Below, piece after piece: positions 38,130 through 51,410 of a stretch of DNA of 64,000 nucleotides (position 1 is the stretch's first letter; each line of letters starts with the position of its first letter). A program made the translations under genes and the position numbers. The DNA comes from Octopus sinensis (taxonomy: Eukaryota). The stretch spans positions 20,956,001-21,020,000 of the forward strand of contig NC_042997.1 in the NCBI RefSeq assembly GCF_006345805.1. Reading direction: 5' to 3'. The notes under the pieces were generated by a model, which made no database searches, had not been told where the DNA came from, and saw only the letters and a list, made by a program, of their open reading frames with translations.

Positions 38130-38930
38130 GCATTTAAAAATTTTTTCTGAGGCACCTATTATTATAGAAATTATTTCTGTTTCAACCCCAATATTCTGAT
38201 TCTCTCTACTTCTAGAGGTTTACTTTTGGATACTTTCCATTTTTTTTTTTTAATCTTTAATAATATATTGTCATCTATTGGAATTCATACATTATCAGGA
38301 GACATTTTCATTCCTGGTGCTCATTAACAATAATATCTGGCAATTTTCCTTAATCTGCTAGTGTATATGAATTGGCATGTCCCAGAGTATTACCACACAA
38401 TCATTATACGAGACATTTTATTGCATGTGTTTTACACTCATTTTTCTGTTAGTATTTATTAATCATTGCATAATTTCTAAGGTATGAATCCCCAATGATT
38501 CTGTTATGTCTTGACTAAAACTGAATAGGCAGAAATAATGTGAATGACCGCTTCTTTGCAATTGTCACGTATTCATCAATTATGTTTTATATTCTGCTTC
38601 ATTATATGGTTTTGGCAGCTTCTACTGCGAAACCATTTGTCTTGTTGCAATTTTAATTTTTAGCTTCATTTCTATGGCTCAATGGCCTTCCTAACCCCTG
38701 CTAATTTACTGAATGTTCTGAGGGTTTTTTTTTTCTTTCACAGCACCAGCATGTATTAGGTCTTGTCCTCAACAACATCAAAGGCCCTTACAGCCTCAAA
38801 CTTTACAGAGTTTACCAAGTGCATTCTTCATGGGAACAGCACTGAAGAGATACCCATGTCTTCAATATGACCAAAGCATCCCACAACTTCATTTCTCTGT
38901 TTGATTGCCAGCCATTTTATGGAGTGATAG
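38130..38930 (-). mobile_element. Older R4/Dong-like LINE N-terminal/5' fragment
   Basis: Weak degenerate motifs only (RQMVSQ*KLPK; APG..SPDN). Confidence 0.4.
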
Positions 38931-38956
38931 AGGCATAAATGATAATGATAAGAGAG

Positions 38957-38990
<34 letters not shown>

Positions 38991-41900
38991 CCACCACCAT
39001 CATCATCTCTTTATCACAGGTTTTGTTGGAGCTCCTGGAGTCTTGCATGTTTAGCGCACTTACTACTGCAGCTTTATAGTACCATGCTATTCGTTCTTTT
39101 CAGTTATCTAATACTTTCCTGGTTATTCTGCTTGTGTGAAGGAGGCAAACGATTTGAAGGAGTTCTACTGGGAAGTCTATTCCAATTTCCTTTATATTCC
39201 TCTTGATGCCTTCTAATACTGTTCCCAAGGACCCAACAATAATTGGCACCATCTTCATCTTCTTCATTTCCATAGCTGGGCTATCTTGCACTTACGAGGG
39301 TTGTACCTATATATCTTTACACCTTCCTTCTTGACTATTCATGGGTCAAAGGGACATGCAACATCAACTATATAGAATATGTGGTGCAATTTGTCCATCA
39401 CCATTCGGTCTGGTCTGTTATGCTCTAGCACCTGATCTATTGGGATTGGTAAATCCCAGAGGATTTTGCTAGTCTCTGACTCTGCCACTCTCTACGGTTT
39501 GTGATCATACCACATCTTGCCTCTCTCTAACCTCCTCTTTTTGCAGTTTTCAATATAGCGCCTTCACTATCTGGTCGCATCAGCACAACTTCTGGTGGTT
39601 TGGGGCAAGTCTAGGGCATTCATTCGTGATATGGGCAGTGGTTTCATACCCTCTATTGTAGATACGACACAGCAGAGACACTTTCTCATTCTTAAGGCTG
39701 AAACTCCAATTCATGGCCAAAGCTTGATCTTGCACTTCCAGTATAGTGCTCTCAGTCTCTTTTATTAGTGTTCCTTTCATCAGCCAATCCCACCTATTTT
39801 TACAGCAACTTCTGTTGTGGCTACATGGAATTGATTGTGTAGTCCCTTCTTGCATAATTCTTCTTCATGTCCTTTTTGTACTTCTTCCTTTGTTTTACCT
39901 TTTCTCTCTGCTTTCAATACTTCCTTCTTTCCTAACTGTCACTAGCAAGGTTTCCTTACTATGGGATAGGTATCTCATTAAGCTCTCAAGTTCAATACAC
40001 ATGCAGTCTTCTACACTTATCAGTCCCCTTCCTCCATTTTCTCTCTTCATGTGCAGGCGGTCAGTGTCTACACATGGATAATGGGCTCCATGCATCGTTA
40101 GGAGCTTTCTTGACATCCTGTCAATCTCCTTTTACTCCTCCACGGTCCACTTCAGGATTCCAGTGCCATAACAAACTACTGCAACTGCACACAAGTTTAT
40201 TGTTGAAATTATGATTTTGGTATTCAGCTTTGAAGTTAATATTTTTCTCACTCGCCACAGGTATTCGCTTTTTGTCTTTTTCTTTCATGTCATGGTCCTT
40301 AATCCCATCTGCCTCAAGTATTCCCAGGTATTTATACCTGGATTGAGGTTGAATTGCCTTCATCATTTCACCACTTGATAGCCATAAAACAAATTTGGGC
40401 ACTGATGGTTTAATGAAGCAACTTAATTTTTAGAATGTTGTTGTAGGATTGGTGTTAGGTGAGATATGGCCAGTTTAGGCATAAAACAGACAGAATACTT
40501 TGGCCGGATAGAAAGACAACTATCAGCATTTTGGTCTTTCACAGCAGGTACAGTAATTTGGTTGAGGAAACCTTTCAGGGTCAGAAAGATTAGGTCACTG
40601 GCAGTATCACTACAAAGGCATCCATCTTGGTATACAACCGATCCAAGACAGTACCCAGATTTCCTCATCTAATCAGCATCATAGTACATTTTGAGAGTCC
40701 ATCTTAATATCTTAGAGAAAATCTGCACAGACCAGACTAAGCTGTCCAGTTCTGCCTCAGATTTTGGGAATAGCTTTAGGTCATCCATGAATAGCAATTG
40801 TATTTAATTTTCCCTTATCTCTTCCCATATCATACACCAACTTTGTTTTCTGTTGTATTTCACTCAAGGTGATCATTCCCAGCATGAATATCAGTGGGGA
40901 CATACTATCTCCACTGGAAGATTCCTCTCTTGATTTTCATCTCTTCTAGTACTTGCTTTCCTGCTGCCAATTCCATTCTCCAGTATTTCATGCTATTCTG
41001 TATAAGGCTTCTCATATTCTCTGCTCCGCTATACATTTCCATCGTTCTTATCCTCCAGAAGTGTTGTATTATATTGTATGCTTTGCGATAGTCAACCCAT
41101 GCCATGCTAGGTTTTGTATGTCTTCTCTTAGAGTTCCTGATAATTAAGTTATCAATTAAGAACCCTTTCTGTTCAATGAGTAGCAGCCCACTTTTTTCCA
41201 AGTATCTTTACAGTTCACTGGCCAAAGCACCTGACATTAGTTACCACATTAGTGGAAGGCATGTTATTGGTTTAAAGTTAGATGTAACATCACCTTTTTC
41301 AGGATCCATGGCACATAACAAGGTCTTTCCCTTTGTCATCCAGCTGGGTACTCCACTTTCCTGCAAGCACTCATCTAGCTGTTGTGCTATCCTTTCATGA
41401 AGCCCTCTGAGCTTCTTCATCCAATAACTTTGGACCCCATCTTGTTCTGGGCTCTTCCAATTTGGGAATTTTTCTTAACTGCTTGGTTTTGTATGTCTTC
41501 TCTTAGAGTTCCTGATAATTAAATTATCAATTAAGAACTGATTTTTCATATCCCAGCTCCTTTTTTGGCACCCTTTCTGTTCAATGGTTAACAGTCCACT
41601 TTTTCCAAGTACCTTTACTGTTCACTGGCCAAAGCACCTGACATTAGTTACCACATTAGTGGAAGACATTTCTGTAGTTTTCTCCTTGGACTTCTATATT
41701 TGTTAACCTATATTGGATTTCATGCAGCCATTCTGCTTCAAAATCATGCTCTAAAGATTGGTCCCAGATCCCTCTCCAGAATGCCTTGCTTTCCTCTGCA
41801 TCTGGTATCATTGTTATGTATATTTGCCCGTCTAGTTCCTGAAACAGTTTCTTCTCATTTGCTTCAAACAATGTTTTGCTTGAACTGTATTTTTCTATTG

Positions 41901-43400
41901 TCGTATCTTTTCAGTTTTGCTTTGATTGCTACTATTTTTGTTTTAATTCTTCCAATATAACATCATAACCTTTATCTCTCATTCTATATGTTCTTTCCAG
42001 TGTTATTCTTATGCTTTCATTCTGCAATTCTTCTCTTCTCAATCTATCAACTTGTCCTAAACATCTTTTTAACTTTGTTTCTCATAAATTCATCTAAGCC
42101 AGTATGGTTCTTTACTCTCTGTTTGTTCTTTCCTTTTGTATCCAACTCTATCTGAAGCAACCATAGCTGCAGCTCAAATAATCTTGTTATTTTCAGTTAT
42201 ATTTCTCGCCTGGAATAGCCGAAGAACTGAATCTATCCTTCCACTTTCAATCTTGAGCTTGTGTCGATCAGTGTACCTCAGGTTGTGGGGTGCTTGCTCC
42301 TGGTCTTCTCTAATATAAGGTCCTGGTCTTTCCTATATCAGAAAAGATTATTATTATCGTTATTGCTGTTGTCGTTGTTGTTATTTATTAGTTTTTTGTG
42401 TTAGCAGTATTTCATTGTTACTCAATATTCAAAAAGTTATTCTTGTCCAACTGTCTTGTTTTTATCTTCTGTTAAAATAAACACACACACACACACACAC
42501 ACATCACATACACACACATATGTAAGTATGTATACAAGGGGTTGCTGAAAATGGCACCGTGTTCTCACTATGCTTTGTTGGTCATCATTGTATTCTTTTG
42601 ATATAGCTCTTCCTTTTACATTTGCTTCATTTGCTCAAGAAAGAAAACTATGTTTTTGGTTTCAACTTTTAGCTTGTGTCGATCAATGTACTTCGGATTG
42701 GGGGGCGGGGTGCTTAATCCTGGTCTTCTCAAATATATTGGCATAGCATCCTCACAATGTCTTGTTAATCATCATTGTATTCTTGAGATATAGCTCTTCC
42801 TATTAGTCCTGCTTCATTTGATGTGAATGCATTTACATTTATGCTTTGCTTTACTTCTTCACTGCAACCTTTCATTTTTCTGTTCTCACTGGGCACATTA
42901 TCTGTTGGTGAAATATTATTTCTATCTTCTGTTTTCCATTTTTTCTCTTCTATATCTATGTCTGTTGACCATCCTTTTGTTCTTATTGCACTTGCCTGGT
43001 CAGCTAACTGTTGCTCACTTATTTCGAAGAGTCCTATCTCATTCCTTCTTGGTTTCATTTGTTGTTGGAATTCCCTTCTGCTGAGTTCACTCCTAATCCA
43101 GCATTCAGTTACAATTCGGCTAGTCTCTTTATCCCACCTTATTCATTGCCTCTGACTTTGTGTACAAGCATTCTCTGGATGATGACCAGGCTTGTGGCTG
43201 CTCAACCACAGTGCACCTGCCAGGCAAAAGGGTTTCACCTTTGGTTCCATCCTCATATACACCATTATTTGATACATTTGTATTAGATATTTTCACTCAA
43301 CATCGAGGTATGTGTTTTAAGGTTAGCCACCAACTGGTATTTTTATCGAGACACCATCTTTAGTAAGATTGTTAACCAAGACTGCAGAGTTCTTACAACC
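38957..43400 (-). mobile_element. Near-full-length, decayed R4/Dong-like (RT + CCHC + RLE) non-LTR retrotransposon
   Basis: Motifs in order: EQQLADQASAIRTKGW, FWRGIW, AWVDYRKAY, RGIFQ, LLFMDDLKLF, YKYLGILE, LHMKRENGGRGLISVEDC, CRIYNRGYETTAHITNECPRLA, EHNRPD...IVDVACPFD. An (ATG)n tail sits at 38957-39006. Many stops and frameshifts. Confidence 0.93.
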
Positions 43401-43418
43401 CATAAGTTATTATTGTTA

Positions 43419-43419
<1 letters not shown>

Positions 43420-43454
<35 letters not shown>

Positions 43455-43800
43455 GTTTAATGTCTGCTTTCCATGCTAGCATGGGTTGAACGATTTGACT
43501 GAGGACTGGTGAACCAGATGGCTGCATCAGGCTCCAATCTTGATCTGGCAGAGTTTCTACAGTTGAATGCCCTTCCTAACGCCAACCACTCTGAGAGTGT
43601 AGTGGGTGCTTTTACATGCCACCGGCATGGGGGCCAGTCGGGCGGTTCTGGCAATGACCTCGCTCGAATGTTTTTACTCGTGCCACAGGCACAAGTGCCA
43701 GTAAGGTGATGATGGTAACAATCACGCTCAAATGGTGCCTTTTACGTGCCACCAGCACAAAAGCCAATTAACCACTCTGGCAACGATCATGCTTGGATGG
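43420..43800 (-). mobile_element. Family A RTE 3'UTR tail
   Basis: Consensus match with (CAT)n. Confidence 0.88.
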
Positions 43801-43807
43801 TGCTCTT

Positions 43808-43905
43808 AATCATCATCATCATCATCATCATCATCACCACCACCGCCACCACCGCCACCACCACCACCATCATCACCACCATCATCATCATCATCATCAT
43901 TATTA

Positions 43906-43945
<40 letters not shown>

Positions 43946-43946
43946 G

Positions 43947-43978
<32 letters not shown>
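43808..43978. repeat. Compound (CAT)(CAC)(CAT)(TAT) microsatellite
   Basis: Directly visible. Confidence 0.95.
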
Positions 43979-44150
43979 GGCAGTGACCTGGCAGAACTGG
44001 TTTTACATTCTGAGTTCAGATTCCACTGAGATCAATTTTCATCCTTCACGATCAATGAAATAAGTACCAGGTGGGCACTAAGGTTGCTGTAATTAACAAC
44101 TACACTCCCTCCAAATTTCAGGTCTTGTACCTATATCAGAAAAGATTATT
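43976..44150 (+). mobile_element. Family D SINE (diverged)
   Basis: AAGGCAGTGACCTGGCAGAA head, GAGTTCAGATTCC B-box and AAATTTCAGGTCTTG tail. Confidence 0.75.
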
Positions 44151-44328
44151 ATTATTGTTATTGCTGTTGTTGCTATTTATTAGTTCTTTGTGTTAGCAAT
44201 ATTTCATTTGTTACATAATATTCAAAAGTTATTCCTGTCCAACTGTATTGTTTCCATCTCATGTTAAAATAAACACTCTCACACACACACACACACATCA
44301 CATACACACACATATGTAAGTATGTATA

Positions 44329-44546
44329 CGAGGGGTTGCTGAAAAGTTCCTGGCTTTAAGGGTATCACAAAAACCTGGCTGGAAGCCTAACAATCTGAGT
44401 TCTTTTTACAAAGCTTAGAAAAAACTGAAGGACCACTGCAATAAGAGTGTGAATCTGAGAGGGAAATATATTGAATAAAATCATAATTAACTAATTCTAT
44501 AGTATTTTCTTTTACGCAAAGCCAGGAAGTTTTCAGCAGCTTTTCA
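44329..44546. mobile_element. mariner-type MITE with TA TSD
   Basis: TIRs CGAGGGGTTGCTGAAAAGTTCCTGGCTTT and AAAGCCAGGAAGTTTTCAGCAGCTTTTCA, flanked by TA. Confidence 0.85.
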
Positions 44547-44712
44547 TATATGAATGTGTGTGAATCTGTGCATGTTGCATATGTGTGTGTCTCCATTTAT
44601 TGTTTACTGTCTTTTCATAATAAGTATTCTTACTTTACACAATTCGTCCCATCACTAATTATGCTACATAGTATCTTATTACAACTAATTGTTTGTATTG
44701 GTTGCTAGCCAA

Positions 44713-44715
<3 letters not shown>

Positions 44716-44774
<59 letters not shown>

Positions 44775-44793
44775 TTAATAATAATAATAATAA
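44716..44793. repeat. (AAT)n microsatellite
   Basis: Directly visible. Confidence 0.97.
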
Positions 44794-45198
44794 TTGGAGT
44801 ACTGTCAAAAGCATTGTTTAAGATGACAAATGTCAAACTGTAATTGTCTTATCAAAAACATAGAGAAGATAGTTCTAAATCTTGCTATAAGTCTTGACAT
44901 TGCTCTAGACTAACCTAACAATATTCTAGACAACTAAAATCTAATCTTTACTCTTGTAATATTTGACATTGCTGCAACTATTATTATTTTGTGTATATAT
45001 AAAATGTTTCCTGTTCCTGTATGCAATCTTGCGTATTCTTTGAGTTATTTCTCAAATCATCTAAGCAACAAGGTGACTCCATGAATGAACAGCCTACAAT
45101 ATCTTTGACTGAGTGAGCAAGTATAGGTAGACTTTATCCATCACACTGTTTAAAATCACTACGAAGCCCTTGAGTGCTTTTGACAAAGTTGACTTTGT

Positions 45199-45468
45199 TA
45201 TTTCTTTACTGCCCACAAGGGGCTAAATGTAGAGGGGACAAACAAGGACAGACAAATGGATTAAGTCGATTATATCGACCCCAGTGCATAACTGGTACTT
45301 ATTTAATCGACCCCAAAAGGATGAAAGGCAAAGTCGACCTCGGTGGAATTTGAACTCAGAATGTAATGGCAGATGGAATACCTATTTCTTTACTACCCAG
45401 AAGGGGCTAAACACAGAGAGGACAAACAAGGACAGACAGCGTGCTAATGTTTCTAGCAGCTCGCTGCC
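45199..45468 (-). mobile_element. Family D SINE, partial tandem dimer, within a 20-bp direct repeat
   Basis: The tail segment occurs twice. TTTGACAAAGTTGACTTTGT is at 45179-45198 and 45490-45509. Confidence 0.82.
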
Positions 45469-46527
45469 TTTTTCTATGTGTGAATAGAATTTGACAAAGT
45501 TGACTTTGTGTTAAGCTTCTGGGCTAGATCTCCAGTCTGAGAGTAGCATCCTCTCTCTTTTTCCTTCCTCATACCTCTTGTAGAGACCCCCAAAACGGCT
45601 CTGAACCCTCTAACATATTCATGAATCTCTTCACTCACACACATTATAATGTGATAATTAATTCAACGTGCAACCACCATAAGGATGGGAAACGAAGCAA
45701 CAAAGGTGTAAGGACAGTTTAGAGAAACTATTTTTATCTGAATGCCTTCTGAAGCTAAACATTTGTGGATTGATTTCCAGTTTTCAATTATCTGATCTGG
45801 GATTGATAAAAAAATACCAGCAATATACTGTGAATAATTAACTATATCTACTGTTTTGAAAAGTGGCCTTCTGCTTACCAAAAATCAAATCAATAAAAAG
45901 TCACCATTCTTTCAGTCTGATTCTTTCCTTCAATAACTTCCATTTAATTCTTTATTACAGCTTACGCTGTGTTTTCTGGCATTAAAGATATGAGAACTTT
46001 CAGCCTCTTGTAATAGAATCAAGTGTGTTATTATGAAGTGCTTACAATCTATAAAATGCATAGAAGTGTGGTGCCATAGATTATATGTAATGGTATATTG
46101 CTTGATATCAAGCATTATTTGCATATAAAAGAGAAATGCATCCCATTTATCAAAAATCTTCTTCACCAATATCCCTTTAGAGAGAGGATAAAAGCAATCC
46201 AAGAATGTACCGTTATGTTTACACTTCATACCTATATCATTCAAAAAGATTTTATGTCAAATTTTATGGAGTACAAGACGAGAATGAATATATGTGATAT
46301 GAAAACTACTTTATGGTGATGTTCTGAATCAAATTACAAGCAATTCTATTCACACATAAGATCCAAACAGATTTACATCCAAATCAAATGAGATCTAAAC
46401 CTGACCAATATACTTTTAAGCATTTTTTTTTAAAGTAAGCTTCTTGGTATATTTCAACACTAACATAGACTGAGTTCGGTTTGTAGCGTTAGTATATGTT
46501 TAGAAATGCTGCATTTATCTTATTACT

Positions 46528-46747
46528 CTTTACTCTCTTTACTCTTTTGCTTGTTTCAGTCATTTGACTGCGGCCATGCTGAAGCACCTCCTTTAGTCGA
46601 GCAAATCGACCCCAGGACTTATTCTTTGGAAGCCCAGTACTTATTCTATCAGTTTCTTTTGCTGAACCACTAAGTTACGGGGATGTAAACACACCAGGAT
46701 CAGTTGTCAAGTGATGTTGGGGGACAAACACAGACACACAAACATAT

Positions 46748-46780
<33 letters not shown>

Positions 46781-46950
46781 CATATATACGACAGGCTTCT
46801 TTCAGTTTCCATCTACCAAATCCACTCACAAGGCTTTGGTTGGCCCGAGGCTATAGTAGAATACACTTGCCCAAGGTGCCACGCAGCGGGACTGAACCCG
46901 GAACCATGTGGTCAGTAAGCAAGCTACTTACCACACAGCCACTCCTATTA
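46528..46950 (-). mobile_element. Full-length family B tRNA-SINE
   Basis: Complete head-to-tail match, with (TTTTACTC)n tail on the plus strand. Confidence 0.93.
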
Positions 46951-47117
46951 GAAGAATTCTTACAGAGAAGAATAAATTTAGGAACTATATATTTATTACA
47001 TAAAATGTATTTTATTCACTGGTTGTCGATGAAACATAATCAAAATGTAGAAACTAATTGAATGAAATAATCTAAAGTTCAGAAATGTAGAATTAACAGC
47101 TAAATAGTGGTTTTTAG

Positions 47118-47198
47118 TAATGTGGCATAGAGAAATAGATAGACATAGCAACAACGTGAATGGCTCTGAATCTAATCAACAAAGAAGCAAAGAGCAGG
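47118..47198 (+). CDS. Candidate 81-nt exon (phase 1: MWHREIDRHSNNVNGSESNQQRSKEQ)
   Basis: Acceptor ggtttttag, strong donor CAGG|gtaagt and an open frame. No homology recognised. Confidence 0.28.
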
Positions 47199-47566
47199 GT
47201 AAGTAAACTGTTTTTATTAATGGAAAGCTAGACATTCTAGAAACTTCCAAGAGAAACGTGAAGCTTCTTGAATAATTAAGAATTACTTCTCATGAAATAT
47301 AATCTTCCGAGAAACTTACTAAAGGGAGATTACTCTATAACACTTCTTGCAAGATTATATCATTCAACTATTTTAGCTACAGACAACAACCTACTACAGG
47401 TTGTTTGACAGGGAAAATACAGAAGAGTGTGGCTGATGCATGTATTCATATCTAAATGCTATTTATAATGTGGGTTTGTAAATTATATTGCATGACTTAT
47501 CTAAAAATAATAGCGAGTTAAAAAGTAAAAATTAATCTAGTCATCAGAATATTACATTGACTATCA

Positions 47567-47990
47567 TAGGCGTAGGAGTGGCTGTGTGGTAAGTAGCTTG
47601 CTTACCAACCACATGGTTCCGGATTCAGTCTCACTGCGTAGCACCTTAGGCAAGTGTCTACTTCTATAGCCTCAGGCCGACCAAAGCCTTGTGAGTGGAT
47701 TTGGTAGATGGGAACTGAAAGAAGCTCATCATATATATGTGTGTGTGTATATATATGTGTGTGTGTGTATATGTTTGTGTGTCTATGTTTGTCCCCCCAA
47801 CATCACTTGACAACCGATGCTGGTGTGTTTACATCCCCGTAACTTAGCGGTTAGATAAAAGAGACCGATAGAATAAGTACTAGTCTCTTACAAAGAGTAA
47901 GTCTTGGTGTCAATTTGTTCGACTAAAGGTGGTGCTCCAGTATGACCACAGTCAAATGACTGAAACAAGTAAAAGAGTAAAAGATAAAAA
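47567..47990 (+). mobile_element. Full-length family B tRNA-SINE
   Basis: GGCGTAGGAGTGGCTGTGTGG head and GTAAAAGA tail. Confidence 0.93.
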
Positions 47991-48469
47991 AAGAGTATCA
48001 ATAAATGAAGAATGATATACATGAATGTGAAGGGGGAAAGAGTTGTGAAACATAAGTAAGGACATAAATTTGACCATGATCTTACAAAATTGATTCAGTT
48101 GAATACAGAAAGATCGATATGAAATACAAATAAGAACATAACTTTGAGCATAATACTGGAAAACAGATACATGTATTAATGGCAAAGCATCACAACTGAC
48201 ATTTCCACAGAGAGTTTGGTACTCATTTCTGGCAGCTAGCTGATTTGAAGCAATGGAGAATAAAATGTTCTGCCAAGAAATGCAACAGAAGTATTGCATT
48301 ACATTTGAACTAATGACCATGATTGAACAGAATAATATCTCATGGACGAGATTATTTTACCTGAATATTTTACAGATTATGACTAGAATAATTTTATTTT
48401 AATAAAGAACTTGGCAAAATAAAAAGGCTGCATTATTTTTGTTCCTTAAACAATTATGTTTAATATTTA

Positions 48470-50222
48470 CCAGCATCACCTTACTAGCACTTGTGCTGGT
48501 GGCACGTGAAACAAAACATTCGAAGCGAGGTTGTTGCCAATGCCGCTGGACTAGCTCCTGTGCAGGTAGCATATAAAAAGCACCATTTGAGCATGGCCGT
48601 TGCCAGTACCGCCTGACTGGCCCTCATGCCAGTGGCACGTAAAAGCACCCACTACACTCTCAGAGTGGTTGGCGCTAGGAAGGGCATCCAGCTGTAGAAA
48701 CTCTGCCAGATCAAGATTGAAGCCTGGTGCAGCCATCTGGTACGCCAGACCTCAGTCAAATCGTCCAACCCATGCTAGCATGGAAAGCGGACGTTAAACG
48801 ATGATGATAATGATGATGATTTACTGAAAGAGAAATGCAGCAAGCTGGCAGAAATGTTAGCATGCCAGGCAAAATTCTTAGCATTATTTTGTTTGTGTTT
48901 ACATATTGCATTCAAGTTCCACCAAGGTCGATTTTGCTTTCTATCATTTTGGAGTCTATAAAATAAGTCCCACTTGAACACTGGAGTGATGTAATCAACT
49001 TACTCTGACACCCAAAATTGTTGGCCTTGTGCTGAAATTTGAATCCAATACGGGGAAATATTGAGAGATTTTGTGATATAGTTACTTGTGTTGAAAACAG
49101 CTGAAACTTATATATACATATATATCTGTCTGTGTGGTAAGTAGCTTGCTTACCAACCACATGGTTCCAGGTTCAGTTCCACTGTGTGGCACCTTGGGCA
49201 AGTGTCTTCTACTATAGCCTCGGGCCGACCAAATCCTTGTGAGTGGATTTGGTAGATGGAAACTGAAAGAAGCCCGTTGTATATATGTATATGTATATAT
49301 GTGTGTGTGTGTCTGTGTTTGGCCCCCAACATTGCTTGACAATCGATACTGGTGTGTTTATGTTCCTGTAACTTGGCGATTTGGCAAAAGAGACCGATAA
49401 AATAAGTACTGGACTTACAAAGAAGAAGTCTCGGGGTCGATTTGCTAGACTAAAAGGCAGTGCTCCAGCAAGGCTGCAGTGAAATGACTGAAACAAGTAA
49501 AAGGTATATATATATATATATATGTAAATCGTGCAGTAAAGTATAATATAACTATTGCTGTCGATTTTATCAATTACTTGTGCACTGTATATTAAAACTG
49601 GATGCTAGATAACAGCATGTTTAATAATACTGTGAGCTCCTCAGAGCTAGCTGATATAGAAAAAATATGACAACTGATCTCTGTTATTAAAAGCAAAAAA
49701 TTACATCCAGTTTTGGGTGCTGTGAAAACAGATAAGAAAAATCTAGTCTCAAAGAAACTAACTTTTGAAGATTATGTCCCTTGGCCCAAAAGTTTACAGT
49801 GTCAAACTGCATAGCTTTTCTTGAAATGGATCAGAATGGAAATCGATCAATGGAAATTGCAGATGTGTTACCAGTGCCAGTGGCATGTAAGAGAACCTTC
49901 CATTTCGCGACCGTTGCCAGCACCGCCCCGTTTTGTGTCCATTGCCAGCCTTGCCTGGCCCTTGTGCCGGTGGCACATAAAAAGCACCATCCGTTCGTGG
50001 CCGTTTGCCAGCTCTGTCTGGCACCTGTGCGGGTGGCACGTAAAAAGCGCCCACTACACTCACGGAGTGGTTGGCGTTAGGAAGGGCATCCAGCCGTAGA
50101 AACACTGTCAGATTTGACTGGGCCTGATGAAGCCTTCTGGCTTCACAGACCCCAGTAGAACCGTCCAACCCATGCTAGCATGGAAAACGGACGCTAAACG
50201 ACGATGATGATGATGATGATGT
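48470..50222 (+). mobile_element. Cluster: family A (48470-48820), family D (48835-49050), family B (49131-49500), family A (49862-50222)
   Basis: Each matches the respective consensus seen elsewhere in the window. Confidence 0.85.
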
Positions 50223-50874
50223 GTGCAAAGATTAAGGGCTGGGATTTATGTAAGGTTTGAATGTGTGTTGGATTTTATAGGTGTAGGGCTTTTGGAGTGT
50301 ATTGAGCTGTTAAGTATTGGCTTAAGCATTTGCTTGGGTGCATATTTGTGTGTTTGTGTTGTTTTCAATTTTTGGTTAAACTCTTTGCTGGGTACTCAGG
50401 ATATAATGGTGGGATGGCTGAAGGTGGGGCTAGTAGGTATGATTAAATGTATACCTTCTTTCATATGGGGAAGGGTTAAATATCTCATTTCTGTAGTCTA
50501 GGTTGATGCCCAAGTGCTAAGAATTTTTGATATGGCTCTTTTCTTGGCTACATAGAATCTAGATTTTTTGCTGTCATTTAAATAAGACTTGTACTCCTCT
50601 AATAGCTTTCTCTTTTTATTTCACTTTCCTCTGTCAACCATACAAGCGTAGCCAAGATTCTAGCATTTCATCTCTCTGAGATATTGGAGAAGGACATGGC
50701 TCGGGAAAGAACAAACAACAACAACCCTTCCTAGGTAACTGTTATCTGTTTTTATTTGCAAGTAAGAGGTCTCTTATGTCATATGTCTTTGAAGATGCAT
50801 AGTTGCCTTACAAACAAATGATATTACGACATGTAGCGTACAGTATTGAGAGAAGTACTAGCATACACAAACAT

Positions 50875-50914
<40 letters not shown>

Positions 50915-50917
<3 letters not shown>

Positions 50918-51095
50918 TAATGGTCTTTCGTTTTCCATGTATGAAATCCACTCACAAGGCTTTTTCTCAGCCCAGTTGTATAATAGAATATACTTGCCTA
51001 AGGTGCCATACAATAGGATAGAACTCAAAACCATGTAGTTTGGAAGCAAGCTTCTTATACATATAGCCATGCTTATGCCTACATCCTATATACAC

Positions 51096-51130
<35 letters not shown>

Positions 51131-51358
51131 TACACACACACCTATATATATATACATTCATACACACACATACACGTACAAAGTTATGTGGATATATAAT
51201 CTTTATATATATGTATATATATATACACACACACACATATACATACACACACACACGCATATATATAAAGTTATGTGTATATATAATCTGTATACATACA
51301 CACACACACACACATATATATATATAAAGTTATGTATATATGTAATCTTTATATATAA

Positions 51359-51391
<33 letters not shown>

Positions 51392-51410
51392 GTATATCAT
51401 CATATATAAA
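50915..51410. repeat. Degraded family B SINE (minus, ~50915-51085) followed by (CATA)/(TA)/(CA) tract with higher-order unit TATAAAGTTATGTG.ATATATAATCT
   Basis: The SINE head is recognisable and the higher-order motif recurs three times. Confidence 0.75.

Noticed and set aside
43340-43405. HDV-like ribozyme at the 5' end of the R4-like LINE
   Set aside because: A P1-like pairing (GGGTTGT/ACAATCT) exists on the minus strand, but the positions required for P3 do not pair and no P2/P1.1 was found.
45930-46319. 104-aa minus ORF and 73-aa plus ORF
   Set aside because: Splice-like signals occur on both strands with conflicting frames and no homology was recognised. It cannot be supported as coding.
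47567-47645. tRNA gene (also the heads of other B, C and D copies)
   Set aside because: The A/B-box heads continue into SINE bodies and tails, and I could not assign a canonical cloverleaf and anticodon.
50223-50520. 92-aa ORF in a GT-rich tract
   Set aside because: The compositional bias is typical of a decayed retroelement, and no motif could be assigned.
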